Assembly: GCA_950097015.1 (NCBI GenBank)
Contig: CATNEN010000007.1
Location: forward strand, 6,758,001 to 6,822,000
Direction: 5' to 3'
Length of the DNA stretch: 64,000 nucleotides
Origin: Macrostomum hystrix
Taxonomy: Eukaryota; Animalia; Platyhelminthes
Shown here: positions 44,806-57,677 of the stretch, in pieces
Layout: each line of letters starts with the position of its first letter
Position numbering within the stretch: position 1 is the stretch's first letter
The notes under the pieces: generated by a model
The model's database searches: none
What the model saw: the letters and a program-made list of their open reading frames with translations, nothing else
Told to the model about the DNA's origin: nothing
Made by a program: the position numbers and the translations under genes

Positions 44806-47800
44806 TTAGTAGGCTATATGCACATCCCGCTGAAAATTTTGCCCGCCATGCCGGCGCATGCGGCCGCTTTCAGTTGTGTTTGGCGGCGGCTGCTGATCCG
44901 GGCTCGGTGAGCGCAGCGTCCGCTGGCTGCCGGCGCTGCTGCACTGACTCAGTGTGGCTGGGCTGCTTCTCGGCTGCCGGTTTTCAACGATCTCTTCGTC
45001 GTCGACCTGAGGCGGCGGCGGTGTTGCGGGCGGCGTTTTCACCGGTGCGGTTGTTGAAAAATATGCGCTGTGTACGCGGCTCCGCAGGCCGCTGCTGTAA
45101 ACGTCGTCGCCTTCGATGCCGCAAATGGCATAGCTGAAGTCGCCCCCCGACTGCATTATTGACACCATGGACGAGGACAGCGATGACGTCATCGACGTTC
45201 GTTTACCTGGCGCCGTTAGGTAAGTGGCCCGCACCAGCTCCTCGCAGCGGCGCCTTCGAGCGTCCAACATCGGGTGCATCCGCCTGGCTCTGGCGGCCGC
45301 AGCGCCGGCGCCGACGAAGTCCGCCGCCCCCGGACCGGCCTGGCCACCCAGCTGAACGCGGCCGAGCCGCGCCGGCAGCCCGGTGCCTGCAGGTGCAGCG
45401 GCGCCTGGTCGCAGGCCGGCTGACGAAGCGGAGCCGGAACTAGAGACTGAGACGAACTGTCGGCGATGTTGCGGTTTGCGCCACTGCGGTAGCTCCAGGT
45501 GAACATCGATCAGCTGCATAGGCAGCATCTAGGGGTTGGAATACGGGTATAAAGAGCATGTTGTAACTCGATCTACTGAATTGCATGGGAGCCCCGAATA
45601 AGGTTTCACTGAAAGGACAAGCCAAGCAGATAGACCACGGGGCTTTTTCAAATACCCCCATTTTTCTTTCTTCTATCTCCTAAAATATTCAACTAATCGC
45701 AATGAAAATCCTGAATACGAAGTAAAATTTTCCGCTGTGTCCGATTAAACAACTTCCGGAATCACAAAACATCGGCATCGTCGTGATATTCAACGATTCT
45801 CGTCGAAGTGTCTCTGGGCAAGAACCAAAAAATGTAGGCATCATTTTTACTACGAGCTCGTATTGTGGATTGATTAAATCGTAATTTTTTTCATTTTTTA
45901 ACTAATAAAGATTTGCCATAGAAGTTTATGCAGAGCAATGCTACTTGTCCTTGTCACCAGGACGTTAAACAAGAATCGCTGAATATCTTGACGATGCTGA
46001 CTCGGACGGCTTGGAAAATGAGTTCATCATAAAGAGCGGAAAATTTAGATCCCTGTGGTGGAATTTCCTGAAAATCGGTCATCGGTTTTGGAGCTGTCGT
46101 GAAGTAGGCAGGGGGGTATTTGAAACAGCTGGTGGTCTTTCTGCTGTCAAGAGCCAAGCAAACCCCTGGCTTGTTTCGCAACTTCTTACCTGAACCTGAG
46201 CATTTTCGGCGTCAACCGATCGACGCACTGGTCCGGCAGTGCTGATGCTTGATTGCCGCCGTTCCTTCTGCTTATCTGCGCCGTCATCGGTGGCTAAGTC
46301 TGGCGCTGCAACAGCCAATGGCATCGTTGTCGAACTCCTCGGCCGCTGCACCAGACCGAATGGCAGCGGCGCCGCCTGCCAGCCGGACATCCGTCCAGCT
46401 GTCGACTGCTCCTCGAGCCTGGCGGTCAGACGGTTGCCGCTGCCACGAACGCTGCCGGCGCCGCCCCCGCTAATACTGGCGTTGGTTCGATGCGACTCAC
46501 CTGCGCCTGCTGGCCAGCGGCGGCTCCACTGGCCCAGGGGCCGCACCCGACCCGAACTCGAGCCTGATGCGCCCGTGACTGCACAGCTGCCGCCTCCGCT
46601 GCCTTGGAATTGTGGCGCCAACGAAGACGCAACGGTTGTGGTCGTTAACGAGCCGATGCTGGACTTTCTTGGACTGCGGAATCGGCCATGTGCATATTTA
46701 CTGCGGGATTCCTTGAACAGAGCTGCTTTTAAGTAAAATTTGCACTTTTATTCGACGTTTCTATTCTAAGCGGCAACTACCTTTGCTTATTTGATAGGCA
46801 ACATTGTTCCATTATCGTAGCCTATGACAATTCAGCTCTGGGTTTAACTCCTTCAGATTGAGTCATTTTACTGGCAGGCAGTCAGTCAGACAACCCTTTC
46901 TTCTCGTGACCGTTTCCTGCGTTCTTTTGTGTGCACCCTCATATGCGAACTCGCAGTAGTCAACTATACTGGCAATGGAATTTTCGCTTTGATTTTTTGC
47001 GATATCGCATGCCCTTGAATTGAATGGCTATATCCCATACTTTCGCTTTTTCACAATACAAGAGCTAGACAGTATGAGAAACGCTAACTGGAAGCGATCT
47101 CATAGCACCTGTTGTCAATTACTCGTAAACGTTAATGCATACTTACTTGGTCATTAGTATCCAGGACTAACCTTCATTCACAGTCTGCATATTTTAGGTC
47201 CTAGACAAGCTAAATTCTGTTTTTTTCGCCAGTCACTCCTGACTCAGTGAATAATAAATTATAAACATGTACCGACAAGCATAGCAGGTGTCCTAACATT
47301 GTGCACAGCTCTGGCAGGCAGCTCCAAACAGCACTAAATCGATAACCGACTTGCACTTGCATTTGACCCTGCATACAACTGAGCACCTATCGACTCTAAA
47401 AGCCAAAATTTCCTGTTCCGGAGTGACGAAAGCTCACCTGAGTCCACCAACAGCAACGCCGCTATCGTTAGTCGCCGCCACCGCCAGTTGTCGTCGACGT
47501 TTGGTCGTGGCAGGATGCGCTTTAGTACCGGCCAGAAAGCCGCCGCCGACAACGCCGACAACGCTGGCTATTGTGAGGCCGCCGCCGAGGGCTGCCGACG
47601 TCGCTATGGAAGCCGTAGATCCAGCGGCAGGCATAGATGACGATGTTGTGGACGCTGGTCCTGTCAGGAACTGCAGCGGCAGCTGAAGCTCTAGCTGGAG
47701 AATGCTCGCAGCCGATGCCGCTTCTTCAACCATCGCAATTTCTTATCGCACTCTTGAGCTGCTCCCGTTTACCTGCTACTTCTCACTCGGGAGCTGCAGT

Positions 47801-48280
47801 TTTCTGGCCATTGCGGGAGGCTTTTAATGCAAGCAAGCAATCCTATAATATCATGTCTGTGTGCTTAGCCAGCAAGCTGAAGAGTGAATTAAGCCTGGAA
47901 ATTTGCTGCAAGGATGGGGCTGCAAGAGTGCTGTCTGTGTGGCCAGGCTCTCAGGCCGTGATACTATTTTTAAGTCGCTTCCTCTCGCTTGCCCGCTCAG
48001 CCTAGTCTTGCACCATGCGGCGCGAGTGAGGCTCGCAATTCACTTTCTGCGAATGGCGAACTCGCCCGCATTTACCTTTATGGGCCGCGGCGTAGACTTC
48101 TTTTTAAGCGCAGACCTTCCCGGCCACTTAGCCAAACCAATCCGCCTTGGTGGCCGCTTGGGCTGCAAATGCAAACAATGCATCAATTAAATCGCTCCGC
48201 AACCACCTCACCTACTTTGCTCCGTTCCAGCTGCCCACTTTAGCCCCAGTCATACTTACCCCACCGAGTCCACTCTCTTA
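44806..48280 (-). CDS. Unidentified multi-exon gene, low-complexity Ser/Ala/Arg-rich. GC-rich exons approx. 45528-44806, 46720-46190, 47695-47437, 48163-48076
   Basis: GC-rich blocks bounded by minus-strand AG/GT sites. No recognisable domain, and the exon chain was not verified. Confidence 0.4.
45625..46145. mobile_element. MITE-like non-autonomous element; a related dispersed copy lies at ~36780-37170
   Basis: Imperfect inverted ends AGACCAC..TTTCAAATACCCCC / GGGGGTATTTGAAA..GTGGTCT. The motif GTTGAATATC..GACGATGCCG is shared with 37130-37165. Confidence 0.4.
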
Positions 48281-51200
48281 ATAAACACACACGCACACAC
48301 ACGCACACATGGTATTGCGGCCTGAGATCGCGCGGAACACATGCGGTTTTTGCCTTGCGGTGCATGATGAGGACAGCTCTAAACAATTCTATAGCAACTG
48401 CTAAAGACACAGACGCATACCCAGTGGCTAGAGACACAGAATCTACATTAACTGAATGAATAGATTCGACAGAAAGGGTGGAGGGGGCAGGTCATAAACT
48501 TACCACTTGGCAGCCGCAATCGACCCGTGGTGTTAAGAGACACCATTTAAATACTTTTTAAAGCGAGCTTGCTTAGTCGAATGAAAAGACCCATCATTTC
48601 GTAGCTGTTAAGTACAGATCATTGACCCGTTGTGATGGACTGCATCATTATTTAAGCACTCCCTCATTACTGCATGTTTGAGCTAACACAGTTGCTATGT
48701 GCATTGCTTAAGACTAATGTTACACATAGAAGAACGTGCCACTCGAACGTATTATATTAAGCGTCTACATAGGCTGTGATCCAATTGTGTTGTCAGGTTA
48801 TAGATATCTCGTGCTATATTCAAGTCATCTCAATTAAACCACGTGAGTCTTCAGGACTAGTGTTACTTGCTCATTTCACAAAATTTTAAACTTTAAACCC
48901 GAAAGAGCATAAAAATATTGCTTTTTTACGCACCCACTGTTTAATTGCAGCAAAATTTATTTGCGCGAGCGAGAAAAAAGAAGAAAAATACGCCAATGAG
49001 GATGCGTATCAGCTCACGAAAGCATGTTTTTGTTTTAAATTTAAAAATCGTAATTTTTTTATTTAACTTTCAGACAGCACTAATTTATGACGGCGTCGTA
49101 TCATAGCTTAATTTATTAAGCCTACAACACAGCTATGTTTGCGTTTAGCTTGATATCGTCAATCATCTTAAGGGTTCACTAAAGGTCGCGTACCCTCAGA
49201 TATAGGCCTAATCTCTATTTTCGAGCACACGATGCATGATCCGGACTATTGGGCCTATGGCTACCAGTTGCAGTTTGCAGTCTGGTCTCTGGTTTCAGTT
49301 TTTATAAACATTTCTTTAGGCCTATCACCATTAGACTAAGCCTAACCATATAATCATATAATTCATAGTCACGATTATGTCCTTTATATGCCAGAATTTT
49401 TGGCATTCTTTCGTTTTTTCATTTCGCATCATTCTTATGATCCCTGACCATTGTTCATCGTTCATGCGATGATTGGGGCTTTTGCTATACAATCCCCATT
49501 AAAATCATCAAAAATATATCATTTGCATAATTTCAGCAGCAATCGCTCAGGCTTATATGTCTCCTGGTTCATTCCAGTCAATGAAATCGTTTGAATAGTT
49601 TTTCATTGGGCTGTTGAGCTACTTAATGGAAGTTCCTCAAAAGTGAGCATTCTCAACTTCAATTTCAATAGCTAGGCCTATGAAGTATGAAGGTACCTAT
49701 ACTATATATATATTCTGTTTTGTCCTACAATCCTTAACACAGTAATTTTGTATGTGTTTTAATGGGAGGGGATGGTTCGACATAAGTGAGGTGGGGGTGG
49801 CAGCATACTGCTCCAAGCAAATACTGCCTTACTATGTTCCATGCCCTTTGTTTGTTTGGAGTAATGGAAATAGATCATTTAAACTTCAAAAATATTCACT
49901 TTTTTACAATCCCTTACACACATTTCTGATTTCTTAGTGATTGTATACTCTGCTTTCAGTTTAGTACCACTATACTAAATAATCCCACCATAATGATTCT
50001 AAATGATTAATAATTGGAGGGGATCATAACACAAAAGTGAATGTAATGCTTAGCTACTTAGTTTTCTGCTGTCTATTGTTGCCATTTTTGTTGATATTGT
50101 TGCTTCCATTTGAAATGATGCAGAATCGATATGGTAGTTTGAATATTACATTCTATCATCTTTTGTTGTCATTGTTGTTGATGTTATAGTCTTTATCTGT
50201 AATGGTTCAGAATTAAGGTGATAATACTATGAATTACAGATAAAACAACACTTCTGGGTCCATATTGTTCTATTTAATAATTTCAATGAGGTGCAAAATC
50301 AGGGATGGTAATATCAATGAATTCAAAATGTTTCTAGTATATGCCTTAAATTTGAGGTAGAACAAATGTTTGAATTAAACACAGAAAGTTGCACTCTTAA
50401 GGAATTTGTATTTATGTTTGACATTTTTCAAACATATTAAAACAAAACGAAATTTCTTACATATCCAGATAAATGTGTCACACAATGACAATAGTAGAAA
50501 ATAAGATGAATGTTTTTAAATGAATATGTATTGTATTTTAAATAAGCTTTAAGCTTCTCTAAAAGCTTAGGATGTAAGCTGCTAAGTAACATTTTTTTGC
50601 TGCAGAGACTAATTTTAGGCATACTTTTCATTAAGATGTTTTAATGATGTTTAAAACTTATCTTTAGACTTTGTAATTAGTTATAACCTCAAAAAAAGTT
50701 TATGAAATTAGATTCAAATTTGCTTACTAGCACAAAAAGCCATAGTGTTTAGTTTCTTGTGTTTAGCCAATTGCTAGTCCTATTCATTTTCTCTATTTTG
50801 TATATTTTTACTTATTGTCAAACTAGGGTTCCAATTGAATGTCGTTGTCCAATGAAATAGAGTCCAGTCCCACAGTTTTTCTTATGGCTGTAGAGTCAGG
50901 AATTAGCAAGTTATGGTGTCTTACAACTTGTAGTGCTTTGTATATTCATACTCTGGTTGTCCTGTGTATTTGAAAATAGCTGAATTAATATTAGATTTTT
51001 CATTGTATAGTCCATGTATGATATGCAAAGGCTTTTGCTTAGGTATTTGCTAATTTAGTTGTGGATTTTTTGTCTTTGCACTGTCCCTATATAAATGTGT
51101 CCATGTCCATCCATGCAGTATGAAGCCATGTAAAAGTTCTGAACTATAAAGTGGCACATATGCCAAAGATACCACCTCCAAATGGAACAGGAGAAATATG

Positions 51201-51628
51201 AGTCACATGTATCCACCATTGCAGGACTCTACTATTTGTTCAAATATTCAAATATGCAAAAAAGTGGCTGAAATAAAAAGTTTCAAATTGTAATTTTTGA
51301 AGTTGAAATTGTTCCATAGAAATTCGAACTCAAAATTTTTTAAATTCAAATTTAAACTTAAACTTTTAGCATCTGTAGATATTATTATGAAATGTAAAAT
51401 ACGAGCAAATATAATTATTGTAACTTTTAGAATCGAATCATGGTTACTGTGCCTACCAGGCCTTAAAAGCCAGTGCTAGTCAATGTTGTTTTTGCTAGTG
51501 TTTTGTTTTCATCTTATCTAAAATTATTATTTCGTTGCTTTAGAGATAGACAATTAAGATCTGGATTATCGATTTGGCTTTTTGTCAATCATTTCAAGTC
51601 CCGTCGGTTCTCAAGCGCGGCGCCTCAA

Positions 51629-52889
51629 ATGATAAACATGGACAGTGTGGAAAGATCTGCTGCTGCCGCCATTGGCACAGCTGACCGGGCATCTGTCCCA
51701 GTGATGGACAGCGGCTTATTCACTGACTCCGGCATCGGGACAACCCTGCCACTGACGGAGGCTGAAGCCGAGTCGGCCAGTCGGTCTCAGTCGCTCTGCT
51801 TCCGCGACATGATGGAGCAGCTGCCGCCAGCGCACAGGCAGGGCGTGAAGCGGCTCATCGGGCACGCGCAGCGGCAGAAAAATCCCCGCCTGATCGGCAC
51901 GCGGATCGCCGTTGAAGCTGTGGACTTTCTCAGCGAATTAGACGACTATGATGCCTCTGGATTTTTGCTGGACTGTCTGTTTAAACGGGCGGCTTTCGAT
52001 GCCGCCACCTGCAGTCGAATGCGCCTCGTCAGCTCGCGATGGTGCCGCATCGTTGACAGGTGAGCCCGACTGGCGAAAGTCGCCCATTTCTCTAGCCCCA
52101 ATTCGCACGAAGGGCAGTGGGATACTGTTGAGCTGATGAGGGCAGTGAAAGACTGTGGTTAAAAAATTCACCTCCACCCCTTTAATTCTCCTCCTATTCA
52201 GGCATTCGCCTGTCCGAGCTCCCACCAGGCGCATGAAGCCGATTTCAGCAATCAGCAAAGAAACCCGTCGTCGTCTTCGCCGACGTCGGCATCATCGCCG
52301 GGCCACGCTGGACAGTTCATCATCTTCCGCTGACAATTCAATGCTAGAAAATTTCTCCAGTCGACGAAGCAGCTTTTCGGCCGCCTCCACAGTTATTCTC
52401 GCCAGCAGCCGGACTCTGGGAGCCACGCAGGCTGCCGCAGAGTCACCGGCTCCATCAACGTCCAGCCCTGCCTGGCACGTGCAGCCGCCGCGACGCGCCT
52501 CGCTGATGACTGTCCCGATTGCCTTAGCCAATCAGGATGCATCCGACGCATACGACTGTGCCGGCGATGACACCGCCGTTGTCGGCGGCGGCGGCCTATT
52601 CGACGCATTCGTAGCCGAGGGCAAGCGGCTGGTGAACCGGCAATTCCTGCGCCACTGCCCCCGGTGCCGCTGGCCTGCGATGGTAGACCCGGACACACGG
52701 ATCGGCCGCTGCACCCGGCCTGAGGCGGAGTGCGGCTTCGCCTTCTGCTCCAACTGCCTAGCTGATGGCCATCTGTACCGACACTGCCCATTCCAGATGC
52801 GCACCAGCCCCATCAAGCTGCCGCCGCCCACGCCTACCGGGCCGCCCAGGCTGCGGCTGAGCTTGAAGAAGCGGCTCCAGCGATTGTAG
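51629..52889 (+). CDS. FBXO5: Emi1/FBXO5/FBXO43 (Rca1)-like APC/C inhibitor. Exons 51629-52059 and 52202-52889
   Basis: DSG degrons (DSGLFT, DSGIGT), LIG..IAVEAVDFLSEL F-box region with VSSRWCRI, RASL D-box, ZBR CPRC..C....CGFAFCSNC...H...C, and C-terminal KKRLQRL (RL tail). Confidence 0.85.
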
Positions 52890-53049
52890 AGATCGCGATT
52901 ATCATTATTGATTCCGTCCCGAGTGTTTCACTGAGGCCGCTAACTCTTGTGCTTTGTCCAGCAACTGGATTTGTAAACATTGACGCGACTATTGGCAATC
53001 AGTACCTTTTTCTTAGAAGATTGATTATTTGGCGATAGTGATTACATTT

Positions 53050-53665
53050 GCCACCACACCCTCCAGGGTTCTTCTGTACGTCTGCCACCACCCCCTCCAG
53101 GGGTGTTCTGTTCATCTGTCACTACCCTCTCAAGGGGTGTTCTGTTCATCTGTCACTACCCTCTCAAGGGGTGTTCTGTACGTCTGCCACTACCCCCTCC
53201 AGGGTTCTTCTGTACTTCTGCCGCTACTCCCTCCAGGGTTTTTCTGTACTTCTGCCGCTACTCCCTCCAGGGTTTTTCTGTACTTCTGCCGCTACTCCCT
53301 CCAGGGTTTTTCTGTACTTCTGCCGCTACTCCCTCCAGTGTTCTTATGTACTTCTGCCGCTACTCCCTCCAGGGTTTTTCTGTACTTCTGCCGCTACTCC
53401 CTCCAGTGTTCTTATGTACTTCTGCCGCTACTCCCTCCAGGGTTTTTCTGTACTTCTGCCGCTACTCCCTCCAGGGTTCTTATGTACTTCTGCCGCTACT
53501 CCCTCCAGTGTTCTTCTGTACTTCTGCCGCTACTCCCTCCAGTGTTCTTCTGTACTTCTGCCGCTACTCCCTCCAGTGTTCTTCTGTACTTCTGCCGCTA
53601 CTCCCTCCAGTGTTCTTCTGTACTTCTGCCGCTACTCCCTCCAGGGTTCTTCTACACGTCTGCCA
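53050..53665. repeat. 34-bp minisatellite (CTCCCTCCAGGGTTTTTCTGTACTTCTGCCGCTA)n
   Basis: Tandem copies. Confidence 0.95.
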
Positions 53666-54629
53666 TCAGTATACTTTAGTATACTTCAATATCTGATATA
53701 CTTCAGTTTGTGCTGCAATGATTAAGGAACTCTAACTCGCTGGTCAGTTATTACTGCGAGATGAAAGCTTTTAATTTCATTTGATTTTTATGTCACTTTG
53801 CAGTGTCTTTTATTGCAGTGTCAGGCTTTTGTACGATATACCTTCCCCAGTTGGTCGTATTTTTGTTATCAATGTTTTTATTTGACCGTCCCTGCATTTT
53901 GTGTTGTACCAACCGTATGCTTGCACCGCTTGTACGAAAGCATTCAGGTTATTATTAGCCTCTGACAGATTTGGATCTGCAACTTTTATTTTCTAATTTG
54001 TTTTTAGCAAAAAACATTTGCTTTCTCATTTTTCTCAGTTTTAGCCGAATACTTTAAGAATGCTCAAATTGTTGTTGCCGATTTATTAAGGCATTTTTTG
54101 CATGCCAAATCTTTAGTTTATAATGTCCCCGTGAGTATGACAAGCTGCTGCTCATTGACTTAAAATGACATTAAGATTAATTCACCATTACTGCGCAAAT
54201 CTGTTGTCTTAATCAACGCAAACATTTATTTTCTGCTTCACAAAGCACAAAGAACATGACCTGCTAATATGTTTGTCACAAATTGACATGTAGGGTTGTC
54301 TTTTTATCATCAAAACTAAAATCGTTCCTGGCAATTCATTTACTTTGACTATGCCATTCTGATGAAAACACTGCTGTCAATCAGTCATCAATATCCCAAT
54401 AACTGCTTACTCACCAACACTACTTCCCAACTGTCCGGTCATCGATTGATTCATCCTTTTTTCAATTTATTTTTGCTGCTTTACATTTTTGCAGCATAAA
54501 ATTGAATAAATGACAATTATTCGGGTTCGCGCTAATGTCGTTTTTCGTTTTTTCATTATGTAATGCAGCTCCAAATTACTCACCAGTTGGGTTCTCAATT
54601 AAAATAAAACAACGCTTTATTATGATTGC

Positions 54630-56072
54630 TGTCAAACAGTCTAAACCCATTGGCTGGGAATTCAGTCAGACAGTCTAAACCCATTGGCTGGGAATTCAGT
54701 CAGACAGTCTAAACCCATTGGCTGGGAATTCAGTCAGACAGTCTAAACCCATTGGCTGGGAATTCAGTCAGACAGTCTAAACCCATTGGCTGGGAATTCA
54801 GTCAGACAGTCTAAACCCATTGGCTGGGAATTCAGTCAGACAGTCTAAACCCATTGGCTGGGAATTCAGTCAGACAGTCTATACCCATTGGCTGGGAATT
54901 CAATCAGACAGTCTAAACCCATTGGCTGGGAATTCAGTCAGACAGTCTAAACCCATTGGCTGGGAATTCAGTCAGACAGTCTATACCCATTGGCTGGGAA
55001 TTCAATCAGACAGTCTAAACCCATTGGCTGGGAATTCAGTCAGACAGTCTATACCCATTGGCTGGGAATTCAGTCAGTCTAAACTCATTGGCTGGGAATT
55101 CAGTCAGACAGTCTATACCCATTGGCTGGGAATTCAGTCAGACAGTCTAAACCCATTGGCTGGGAATTCAGTCAGACAGTCTATACCCATTGGCTGGGAA
55201 TTCAGTCAGACAGTCTATACCCATTGGCTGGGAATTCAGTCAAACAGTCCATACCCATTGGCTGGGAATTCAGTCAGACAGTCTAAACCCATTGGCTGGG
55301 AATTCAGTCAGACAGTCTAAACCCATTGGCTGGGAATTCAGTCAGACAGTCTAAACCCATTGGCTGGGAATTCAGTCAGACAGTCTATACCCATTGGCTG
55401 GGAATTCAGTCAGACAGTCTAAACCCATTGGCTGGGAATTCAGTCAGACAGTCTATACCCATTGGCTGGGAATTCAGTCAGACAGTCTATACCCATTGGC
55501 TGGGAATTCAGTCAGACAGTCTATACCCATTGGCTGGGAATTCAGTCAAACAGTCCATACCCATTGGCTGGGAATTCAGTCAGACAGTCTAAACCCATTG
55601 GCTGGGAATTCAGTCAGACAGTCTAAACCCATTGGCTGGGAATTCAGTCAGACAGTCTAAACCCATTGGCTGGGAATTCAGTCAGACAGTCTAAACCCAT
55701 TGGCTGGGAATTCAGTCAGACAGTCTATACCCATTGGCTGGGAATTCAGTCAGACAGTCTATACCCATTGGCTGGGAATTCAGTCAGACAGTCTATACCC
55801 ATTGGCTGGGAATTCAGTCAGACAGTCTATACCCATTGGCTGGGAATTCAGTCAGACAGTCTAAACCCATTGGCTGGGAATTCAGTCAGACAGTCTATAC
55901 CCATTGGCTGGGAATTCAGTCAGACAGTCTATACCCATTGGCTGGGAATTCAGTCAAACAGTCCATACCCATTGGCTGGGAATTCAGTCAGACAGTCTAA
56001 ACCCATTGGCTGGGAATTCAGTCAGACAGTCTAAACCCATTGGCTGGGAATTCAGTCAGACAGTCTAAACCA
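54630..56072. repeat. 34-bp minisatellite (CAGTCAGACAGTCTAAACCCATTGGCTGGGAATT)n, ~42 copies
   Basis: Tandem copies. Confidence 0.95.
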
Positions 56073-56152
56073 TTAGGCTGATTTGAAGAAATCATTTCTA
56101 TCATGTATTCTAAAACGATCTAGATCAATGCTAATTTCAGAGCTAAGGATTC

Positions 56153-56443
56153 ATGAGTGCGACAGTAGCAGCAACCGCCGCTGTCTCCAATGCCCGCTTA
56201 GAATTCGTCTACGCATTGCCTCCACGGCGAAAATTTTCAGCCGCGTCTGCATCGCCGTCGCGTTCTCCATCATCCGTGTCGACATTGCACCCAACAGTTG
56301 GCAAGTTCTGCTGCCGCGACGGCTGTAGCAATCTGGCGATTATCGATCCGCGCTGGGACTCTGAGTACTGCTCAACCGAATGCTGCCTGGCTCACGCGGA
56401 CGAAGTTCGCCGACTATTTGCCGCCCTGTGCGAACTCGACTAA
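56153..56443 (+). CDS. 96-aa protein consisting essentially of a TOX4-type C-terminal Cys-rich domain
   Basis: CCRDGCSNLAIIDPRWDSEYCSTECCLAHADEVRRLF resembles the TOX4 C-terminus (C.[28 protein letters not shown]). In-frame TAA at 56144-56146 precedes the ATG. Confidence 0.7.
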   Translation: MSATVAATAAVSNARLEFVYALPPRRKFSAASASPSRSPSSVSTLHPTVGKFCCRDGCSNLAIIDPRWDSEYCSTECCLAHADEVRRLFAALCELD

Positions 56444-57189
56444 GCCGTGTTGCTTGACGTCTTGTGGTTTCTGGCATGCATTTGCTTCTTCTCCGTGTTC
56501 AAACGATCTGCTTAGGTTGGATAGGTTAAAGCTAATTTACTTGCATTTGCTTGATGCTTATTTTGTTCTCAGGAAATTAATATGCGACAGCTGTCTTTTT
56601 TCCATGTTTATTCCAAAACCAGAAGCAGTGGCTAAGGATTATTGAAACATTGACAATGAGTTAGGGGAAGTGTTTTACTAAAGAAAAGAGGTCAGTAAAA
56701 AGGAGGGAAACAAAAGGATGATACACAGTATTTCTTGTTTTCAACTTGTAACCAACCTTTCATAATATCGCCAAGTTAGCATTTCAAGTTATGAAATTTG
56801 CTCTAAAACTTGTTCTTGGCACTGTCTCATTTTTGTAAATACATTTCTCAATTGAAGTCCCTGTTCAGTGTCGTGTCGTTCTAGTTGTTTTCCTTCAAGA
56901 AAAGGAAAGTTAACTAAGGCTAATAGCTGTGCGATGTGCATAAAAGTGCAGACCAATGGCTAGTTTGTCCTGTGTTCTGTCAGTTGCGCCCGTTTCATTT
57001 GAAAGTTTTTTTGTGTCCGTTTGATTTCTATACTAAGATGTACTTTTTTCACTGCTTTGCCACAATCAAAGTTCTCTTATCCATCAGATATTACTGTAAG
57101 TTCTACTTGCGATTTATTTTAAAAAACATTTCTTTATTTATTAAAATAGTATACTGCTATTGTGTTTTACCTGACATCGAATAGAATAG

Positions 57190-57385
57190 AATGATTCAGT
57201 CCATGGACTGGGGGCCGCCACAACCACCCAAACTTATGGCCCAGCTGATGCTGGTGCCCATTTTACAGCAAAGTCAACTTAAACTATGCGGAATCGCTGA
57301 ATAAAAATGCCCCCCCTGTCTGAGAATCGAACTTCTGACCTCTCAATCATTAGTCCATAGCTTTTAGTCACTGGGCTACATTTTT
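57190..57385 (-). mobile_element. Degenerate tRNA-derived SINE or pseudo-tRNA
   Basis: Minus strand GTAGCCCAGTGACTAA...GAGGTCAGAAGTTCGATTCTC has A-box-like and B-box-like motifs. No intact cloverleaf. Confidence 0.4.
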
Positions 57386-57524
57386 TTATCCTAAGTTACG
57401 TAGCATAAGATACTAGAACGATTCGGTTGTTTCCCACTGGAATCGCAGCAAGAGAATCGCACGAAATCCAATGCCTTGCAGCTCGCGGCTCGGACAAAGG
57501 ATTGCACGGTGACAGCCAGCGGCC

Positions 57525-57645
57525 AGCCAGCCAGTTACAGACAGACAGGGATCTCACAGCCAGTTATAGACAGACAGGGATCTCACAGCCAGTTACAGAC
57601 AGACAGGGATCTCACAGCCAGTTACAGACAGACAGGGATCTCACA
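57525..57645. repeat. 29-bp tandem repeat, 4 copies
   Basis: CAGCCAGTTACAGACAGACAGGGATCTCA. Confidence 0.9.
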
Positions 57646-57677
57646 AAAAGCGGAATCAGCTATTCTTCCGCGTCACA

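Noticed and set aside
57305-57385. Functional tRNA gene
   Set aside because: The acceptor and D stems do not pair and the boxes are degenerate. Treated as SINE-like.
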